A model generated the notes under the pieces. It was not told the origin of the DNA. It saw only the letters and a program-made list of their open reading frames with translations, and made no database searches. Of a stretch of DNA of 64,000 nt, positions 58,152 through 64,000 are shown piece after piece. Position 1 is the stretch's first letter; the number at the start of each line of letters is the position of its first letter. Origin of the DNA: a virus; IMG/VR virus record IMGVR_UViG_3300009703_001822. One strand, given 5' to 3'. Both the position numbers and the translations under genes were made by a program.

Positions 58152-58666
58152 TAAAATATTATGATGGTGTCTTTACATCTAAACAATGTAAAGATTTAAT
58201 TAAAATGTATGATAAAAACAAAGAGGCTCATCAAGAAATTAATACGCCTCTTATGAAGTTTAATCAATATAACTTTACATCTAATGAAATGACAACGCCC
58301 TTACACCAGGAAATGGTAGAAGGGTTTATGTCATTAGGTCGTAAATATTTTTCTGATGTAGAAGCAAGAATACTTCCTAATATAGGTGGCTTTGAGGAAT
58401 TTAGAATTAAAAAATATGTTGAAGGAGGAGACTTCAAAGAACATATTGATGTAATGAACTATGCTAGTTCAAGAAGATTTGTAGGGTTTTTGCTTTACTT
58501 AAATGATTGTGATGGTGTTACAACATTTTCTAATCATGATGTAACTATAGAACCTAAGACAGGTCGTGTATTAGTTTTTCCACCTACTTGGGAATATCCT
58601 CACACAGGACACAAATCATCTACAGACAAATATATAATGTCTACTTACTTGCACTTAGCAGACTAA
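58148..58666 (+). CDS. 2OG-Fe(II) prolyl-4-hydroxylase-like oxygenase
   Basis: IKKY..GDFKEHID..RF..LLYLND..G.T.F..P.TG.VLVFPP.W.YPH.G..KYIMSTY. Confidence 0.85.
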   Translation: MIKYYDGVFTSKQCKDLIKMYDKNKEAHQEINTPLMKFNQYNFTSNEMTTPLHQEMVEGFMSLGRKYFSDVEARILPNIGGFEEFRIKKYVEGGDFKEHIDVMNYASSRRFVGFLLYLNDCDGVTTFSNHDVTIEPKTGRVLVFPPTWEYPHTGHKSSTDKYIMSTYLHLAD

Positions 58667-58929
58667 TCCCATTCAGAAAATTTAAGTCTAACAAGAGCTT
58701 TTCTTACAATAGCAATACCTGTTAATCCTATAAAATTAATAAACGCAGCCATCTCAGATGAGGTGCCTGCGTAGTCAATGCAAGACTTAATAATGAATAC
58801 ACTTAAAGGGAACATAATGATTGCTCCTATTGCTGTATCTACTGTTGCTTCGTGTAACGCTTTTCGTAATTTGTTACTTTGTACCAATCGCCATAAACCT
58901 TTCATAATATACTTTGCCATTCCAATCAT
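58663..58929 (-). CDS. small two-TM phage membrane protein
   Basis: EATVDTAIG..TM..TM..IVRK.LVRL.F pattern. Confidence 0.6.
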   Translation of the reverse strand: MIGMAKYIMKGLWRLVQSNKLRKALHEATVDTAIGAIIMFPLSVFIIKSCIDYAGTSSEMAAFINFIGLTGIAIVRKALVRLKFSEWD

Positions 58930-59542
58930 AATAGAATTGCTTAGTTTTACCGCTGTAGGATGTATCCTTTAAACCAGCATTTTCAATTAACGCTTTCTCA
59001 CTATCAACACAATTGATGCCATACATCTCTTCTATGACATTCGAATTCTGTACAGCAAATATAGCGTGTTTGTTTGCTGTTTTTAAATCCTTCAATGGAT
59101 ACATTTGCTCAGCTCCCATTGTAATAACTACATCAACCTTTAATTGATTTAACTCATCAAATGCGAACGGAATATCCATGTTCCAGTGATTTATTTTTAT
59201 GTATTCTTCTGCTATATAATGCTTATTAAACACCTTAGAGAGCTCTAAAGCTTCTTTATCGATGTCAACTAGGTGCATTTCTCCTACGGATAAGTTCTCA
59301 CATAAGAGAGGAACTAAAGGAACTCCTAACCAGCTGTTTAAGATAAGAATGTTGAATTGCTCATCTTTCATATAGTCATCTAGACTATTCTTTAGTTCTT
59401 CAACTAGCCATATAGCAGCTTCCATTGTATTAGGATTCAATGCTTGTCTAAAGTCATCATGTTTATGTTTCATTTCATGCTCTACTTTAGCAAGAGCATT
59501 GCCCCAATGTTGTAAGTTATTTAAAAAATTAAAATTTAACAT
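58874..59542 (-). CDS. methyltransferase-like protein, paralog of 7456..8064
   Basis: ILILNSWLG, LVDID, QNSN, CV.S, ERFMAIG. Start reassigned to 59542. Confidence 0.6.
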   Translation of the reverse strand: MLNFNFLNNLQHWGNALAKVEHEMKHKHDDFRQALNPNTMEAAIWLVEELKNSLDDYMKDEQFNILILNSWLGVPLVPLLCENLSVGEMHLVDIDKEALELSKVFNKHYIAEEYIKINHWNMDIPFAFDELNQLKVDVVITMGAEQMYPLKDLKTANKHAIFAVQNSNVIEEMYGINCVDSEKALIENAGLKDTSYSGKTKQFYYDWNGKVYYERFMAIGTK

Positions 59543-60203
59543 CTTCTTTTCTTCCCATTGAATCAAATAAACAGACATATGGTATTTGTCTGAATACATG
59601 TTTTTCTATATCATGTGGATATATATAGCCTTGGTTATAACTATAAAACCACCCTAACGGAAAATATTTAATTCTTGCTACACCCTTGTGCATAAAGAAA
59701 TTATCTATTCCACGATAGTACCATAATATTTTTTCTTTGTGTGCTTTAAAATAAAGAGATATATTCTCTTTATCTAAGTTATCATTCCATCTTAATATAC
59801 TAGAATTCAAATCTGTATATCTGTGAGGAACATGTTCTGTTTCTTTTTGTTGTGTTTCTAAATCATGCCAATGTGTCTGTCCAAAACATAGACAATCTTC
59901 AGGATCAAAGTTGGCTATATCATCTATATTCTTTTGTATAATAATATCTAAATCAAAGAAAAGATTATCACCTTTTTGTCTTACGACATTATCATCGAAT
60001 AGATACATTTTGTTCCACCACTTTTCTAATTTGTTTCCATTAGGAAAAGGTATAACTTTTATATCTTTATCTAGTCCTTTAGGCTTTTCAGTTAAACAAT
60101 AGAAAGTGAAGTCTTGAGATATGAACTCTTTACAAGATTCGTATATCTTATTCACATGTTTGGCAGAATATTTACTGCCCCATTTAACTGTATATATGTT
60201 CAT
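59529..60203 (-). CDS. GT-A glycosyltransferase-like protein
   Basis: TVKWGSKY, FYCLTE, WWNKM.LF, FFDLD (DxD), NSS..RW. Confidence 0.75.
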   Translation of the reverse strand: MNIYTVKWGSKYSAKHVNKIYESCKEFISQDFTFYCLTEKPKGLDKDIKVIPFPNGNKLEKWWNKMYLFDDNVVRQKGDNLFFDLDIIIQKNIDDIANFDPEDCLCFGQTHWHDLETQQKETEHVPHRYTDLNSSILRWNDNLDKENISLYFKAHKEKILWYYRGIDNFFMHKGVARIKYFPLGWFYSYNQGYIYPHDIEKHVFRQIPYVCLFDSMGRKEDVKF

Positions 60204-61015
60204 TGCCAATGTTTTAATAAATCCGGGTCCACCAATTCATTTTGTTTAACACTACCTCTACCTTTAAGCATAGGTGTAGGTAATAGATCAATATTAAATA
60301 CACAAAGGATTGGTGTGTCCCTGTATATTTCTGTTTCTAAGTCGTCGTCTTGCCAACTACGACCTCGGTTATATGAGTAGGCATAGTCTGCTGGGAAATG
60401 ATCCCATAATTTTTTGCCCCAATCTCCCCATCGCCATGAATGATAATTGTCTGTTCCGTCTGTATAAGTAAACCATATTTTTTCTTTGTTTGCTAATACA
60501 TCTTCCCATATACATTCACATTGATCGTCGGACCAAACTTGGCAACTGCCATTAGTATATGCTCCGTGAGATAATTTAAATCTCCGCGTCTTCATTGGGC
60601 GCGGGTCTTGCCACCAACTTCTTAGCTTTGTCGGTCTTTCCATATTATAGGTTAAAATAGGCTCTATATTATTTTGGATTATTACATCCAAATCAAAGAA
60701 GACGAAGCGGCCCGTTGGGTTATCTGGTGCGAAATTGTGAGTATTGAAGACCATTGTTTTAGGTCTGTCCCAGCATCTAGCCATGCCATACTTAAAGTCA
60801 TCAGAGCCGAACCAATACCTAGGATGTATGGTATCGATATCTGGAAATGGTATAACCTTAATATCGTTATCCAATCCCTCAGCGTCATCAGTATAACAGT
60901 AAAAATGGAAATCGTGCTTATCATCTGTATGCCTCCTTGCCATGTTCTTTAGTTTATTTACAAAATGAGGACCATATCTGGTTCCCCATTTTGAACATAC
61001 TATATTTACTCTCAT
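60200..61015 (-). CDS. GT-A glycosyltransferase-like protein
   Basis: CSKWGTRY, FYCYTD, FFDLDVII, NGSCQVW, YSYNRG. Confidence 0.75.
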   Translation of the reverse strand: MRVNIVCSKWGTRYGPHFVNKLKNMARRHTDDKHDFHFYCYTDDAEGLDNDIKVIPFPDIDTIHPRYWFGSDDFKYGMARCWDRPKTMVFNTHNFAPDNPTGRFVFFDLDVIIQNNIEPILTYNMERPTKLRSWWQDPRPMKTRRFKLSHGAYTNGSCQVWSDDQCECIWEDVLANKEKIWFTYTDGTDNYHSWRWGDWGKKLWDHFPADYAYSYNRGRSWQDDDLETEIYRDTPILCVFNIDLLPTPMLKGRGSVKQNELVDPDLLKHWQ

Positions 61016-61695
61016 ATTTCCTTGCCTTTAAATTCTTTTGCTAGCGGAAATACATTACTTATAACTTTGGCAACTTCATTTGCTATAGCTATATGTTCTT
61101 TTTGGGTTCCGTTAGCACCTCTTAATTCTATGTAATGAATCCAACTTCTTAAGGTTCCATTTACATACATTCTGCTCATAGTGTTGCCCTCGGGCAACAC
61201 GGCTCTTGCCTGTTCTTTGGCAATGCCATTTTCTATTGCCCAACAATATGCCTGTCTAGCATAACGAATAATATCTTTTTGATACTCGTCCCATTGTTTG
61301 GCAATTTGAAAACTTTCTATATCAGTACCTATCTCGATACTATTTTGTCTGTTCTTTTCATCTTGTAGTCTAGCCTCTCTTGTTACAAACTCTAAATCCT
61401 TTGTTGGGTCTGCATATCGTTGACTAAACTCTTGAAAGCTAAAACTCCTGTGTCTAAGAATTTGCCTACCGATGTCTCTAGTAGTTTCTATTTCTAAACA
61501 TACACTAACCATTTCTAATGGCGACCAGTGTTTGTGTTTCATTAGATACTTAATAAGTTTCTCGCTTGTTTCCTTGTTGTTTTGGTTATCAGGATTACTA
61601 ACCCTCGCACAATATGCAACAAGTTCTGTTGCGCTTGTGGACATTAATAATTCTTTACCATCTGTTTGACTGTGGCTGATTAACTTAACCTGCAT
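61012..61695 (-). CDS. thyX: flavin-dependent thymidylate synthase
   Basis: ARVS, HWSPLE, QILRHRSFSFQEFSQRY, EQARAVLP, LR...TQKEH. Confidence 0.95.
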   Translation of the reverse strand: MQVKLISHSQTDGKELLMSTSATELVAYCARVSNPDNQNNKETSEKLIKYLMKHKHWSPLEMVSVCLEIETTRDIGRQILRHRSFSFQEFSQRYADPTKDLEFVTREARLQDEKNRQNSIEIGTDIESFQIAKQWDEYQKDIIRYARQAYCWAIENGIAKEQARAVLPEGNTMSRMYVNGTLRSWIHYIELRGANGTQKEHIAIANEVAKVISNVFPLAKEFKGKEI

Positions 61696-61895
61696 ATGAC
61701 ATAGTCCTTACCGTATTGTTGTTTGTGTTTAGCAAGTTCATCCGTAACTTGCACCGTTTTATATTCAAAGTCTGTAATATCAGCTTTTACAATAAGCACA
61801 GCAAAATCAGACTCTTCAACTATTGGTATATAGTTATCGTAGTCTTCAAATGTGCCTTCTAATATTACTGACTTCTTGTTTGTTACTTTTAACAT
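61680..61895 (-). CDS. hypothetical protein
   Basis: 71-aa ORF overlapping both neighbours in the operon. Confidence 0.6.
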   Translation of the reverse strand: MLKVTNKKSVILEGTFEDYDNYIPIVEESDFAVLIVKADITDFEYKTVQVTDELAKHKQQYGKDYVICRLS

Positions 61896-63376
61896 TTTCC
61901 ACCTTGTTCATTATGTATTACTGCTGGATTTAACTTTAATAAATTATTAAAGTATCCTTTATAGAAGTCATTTGTAAAAATTTCTTCCAATGTGTGTTCT
62001 TTTATATTGTTCTTATCCCAACTATATAATAACTCTGTCTTATGTTCAGGAGAGTTATCTGCTGTAATTAGATTAAGAGCCACATGCTTACAAGGGAACA
62101 CATTACCTGTTGCGCTTAGATAAAATTTGTTTTCAACTTTGCCTTCGCACTTTACATGTGGAGAAAAATTTATTGTTCTCTCTTTATATATGTCATCTTT
62201 TTTTCGTGTCTGTAGAGTCTCTAGTTCTATAAGTTTATAGTCAGGCATATCCTGCTGTTCGTTTTTCTCAATAATTTTTTCTTCTTTAGGGACATTGTTT
62301 TCATATATAAATCCTGAGAACTTGTATTGTTTACATAGTTTCTTTGCTTGTTGTATATCATTGTCTAGTTGATTGGTATGTATATAACTCCAAAACACTC
62401 TACACCCTACATTGATTAGAGCTTTAGCATTATCTAATATTCTTTTATCAGGATTTCCTGTGTTTATATTAAAGGTTATATTGCCTGTATCTGCAAACAT
62501 AACACCTATATTTTTCCACCATAATATATCGTGGTCCTTTCCTTCGGTTACCATATCAACACCTATGCCCCAATCGGACATAAAATAATGAGATATATCC
62601 ATTAGTTCAGGATATAAAATAGGGTCTCCCTTATCATTAATAAATTTAATTCTTTTTAATTTAGCCTTAAGTAGGAAGTCTGAATTAAATCTATCTTTTA
62701 TTAATTCGTAATCTAAGAACTTTCCCTCACCATTTAAACACATTTCTACTCTTTCAGGTAAGTAAGGATACAAGTCTGTTTCCTTGTTATACATTAAGTC
62801 TATTTGTTCTTCTGTAAAATCATCATACCAAAATGGTAATGCTATTATATTACCTTCTAATTTTTCTGGATATGTTGCAGTAGTGTCTTGCAAGAAAGGT
62901 AGTTCGCCATCTTCTATAAAAAATTTATTATGGAAAGCATCATATTCATATAATAAATCATCTTCATTCTCTTCCCATTCTTCTAGAATTTTTTCCACTT
63001 TATTGTTTCGGAAAATAAAATATGCTAGGTTACCATCCTCTAGTCGAATACGCTTGTTGGTCTTATAAGTCTCTATGTCCCCTATATTGTTAATAATAGT
63101 ATTAGGAGTAATAAACAAAGAGCTACTCTTAGGCTTTGTGTATCTCATTATATCTATTTCTAACCAATCTAATCCATACTTAGGAACATGAAACTCTATA
63201 CCTTCAATATAGCCGTCCATCTTTTTCGTTGACATAAGTAAATCCATTTCATCATCTTGTACAAAGACAACGAAGTCAAAAGGATCTTCTATCAGCTTCT
63301 TGCACTGCGTATATAAAGCGTTTATTTGTACCTGACTATAATTATTATCTAGCTGATTTGCTATAATTGTTACCAT
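61889..63376 (-). CDS. degenerate glycosyltransferase-like N-terminus fused to degenerate radical SAM/SPASM-like domain
   Basis: N-terminus parallels neighbouring GTs (Y...INALY..CKK.I..PFDF); C-terminus GDP..YP, ILDNAKALI..G..V.W, C...FYLSATGNVFPC; no CxxxCxxC. Confidence 0.5.
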   Translation of the reverse strand: MVTIIANQLDNNYSQVQINALYTQCKKLIEDPFDFVVFVQDDEMDLLMSTKKMDGYIEGIEFHVPKYGLDWLEIDIMRYTKPKSSSLFITPNTIINNIGDIETYKTNKRIRLEDGNLAYFIFRNNKVEKILEEWEENEDDLLYEYDAFHNKFFIEDGELPFLQDTTATYPEKLEGNIIALPFWYDDFTEEQIDLMYNKETDLYPYLPERVEMCLNGEGKFLDYELIKDRFNSDFLLKAKLKRIKFINDKGDPILYPELMDISHYFMSDWGIGVDMVTEGKDHDILWWKNIGVMFADTGNITFNINTGNPDKRILDNAKALINVGCRVFWSYIHTNQLDNDIQQAKKLCKQYKFSGFIYENNVPKEEKIIEKNEQQDMPDYKLIELETLQTRKKDDIYKERTINFSPHVKCEGKVENKFYLSATGNVFPCKHVALNLITADNSPEHKTELLYSWDKNNIKEHTLEEIFTNDFYKGYFNNLLKLNPAVIHNEQGGKC

Positions 63377-63998
63377 GCCAAATTCTCAAAAGTGTTTCAT
63401 TTTCTAATTCATCTATTTTTATTTGTTTCTTACTAGGATTAGAATCCACATTGAACAAACAAAACTTAGGTTCTTCTCTATATTTATGTGCCTCTAAATC
63501 CGTCGGATGTGTCATACCTCTATTCCAACTGTATATCCATTCAAAAGGAATGTTATTCCAAAAATCTCTCTGACGCCAGAAGTGATAGTTATCTGTACCC
63601 TTAAAGAATGTTCTAAATATTTGTTGCTCTTCATCTAATGCGTCCCAGAATATATGTTCACATTGATCTTTATTCCAACACATTACACTAGAGTTATATA
63701 ATGTACCTCTAATCTCTATAAACAATCTTTCATGTATTCTTTTATTCCAATTATCCCATTTAACATGAATTATTCTAGGTTTAAGAGCTAACTCATCTAA
63801 GTCTGTTATATCATTTTGTATAATTACATCTAAGTCTAAGTAACACCATTTACCGTCATATTGTAAAAAGTTATGAGAGTTGAATACCAAAAACTTAGAT
63901 CTATCCCAACAATAGTTTTCTTTTCCAAACCAATATTTAGGATGTAAAGGTTCTATATCAGGTATATCACGAGTATCACATTCTAATCCTTTATTGTC
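63345..63998 (-). CDS. 5'-truncated GT-A glycosyltransferase-like protein
   Basis: Frame is open to the window end; HPKYWFG..CWDR.K.LVFN.HNF..YLDLDVII..NSSVMCW..GTDNYH; paralog of 60200..61015. Confidence 0.75.
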   Translation of the reverse strand, partial: DNKGLECDTRDIPDIEPLHPKYWFGKENYCWDRSKFLVFNSHNFLQYDGKWCYLDLDVIIQNDITDLDELALKPRIIHVKWDNWNKRIHERLFIEIRGTLYNSSVMCWNKDQCEHIFWDALDEEQQIFRTFFKGTDNYHFWRQRDFWNNIPFEWIYSWNRGMTHPTDLEAHKYREEPKFCLFNVDSNPSKKQIKIDELENETLLRIWHGNNYSKSAR

Positions 63999-64000
63999 AT

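Noticed and set aside
1-64000. tRNA/rRNA genes, introns, inteins, homing endonucleases, integrase
   Set aside because: No cloverleaf-like or intron/intein signatures were seen by eye, and intergenic gaps are short. A covariance-model search would be needed to exclude small ncRNAs.

Overview
AT-rich 64-kb segment of a large T4-like myovirus genome, probably infecting a marine Gram-negative heterotroph (host not determinable here). It carries T4-core genes: gp33, gp59, gp32, tape measure, gp51/gp26, gp54, gp2, gp4, gp48, gp53, hub, gp5, gp25, gp6, gp7, gp8 and a VrlC-like protein, plus PhoH, an exonuclease, a DNA ligase, ThyX and a lysozyme. Among these is an unusually large modification toolkit: five tandem N-terminal-twitch radical SAM enzymes, two desaturases, about five 2OG-Fe(II)-type oxygenases, GNAT, methyltransferase, SGNH and SDR genes, and about seven glycosyltransferase-like genes. 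Signals read directly from the DNA and absent from the ORF track: (1) a candidate -1 programmed frameshift (G GGA AAC, 5-nt spacer, predicted pseudoknot) in a small lipoprotein gene that appends a C-terminal DFPTGQLK motif shared with a neighbouring lipoprotein; (2) a lambda G/GT-type T TTT TTC frameshift joining gp26 to gp51 just before the tape measure gene; (3) a Tyr-Gly repeat fibre whose repeat spacing is mirror-symmetric, suggesting a long hairpin; (4) three near-identical early promoters; (5) many promoters placed so that transcripts would be leaderless; (6) several unannotated small ORFs, one weakly ArfA-like. All gene calls come from motif recognition and synteny, not database searches.
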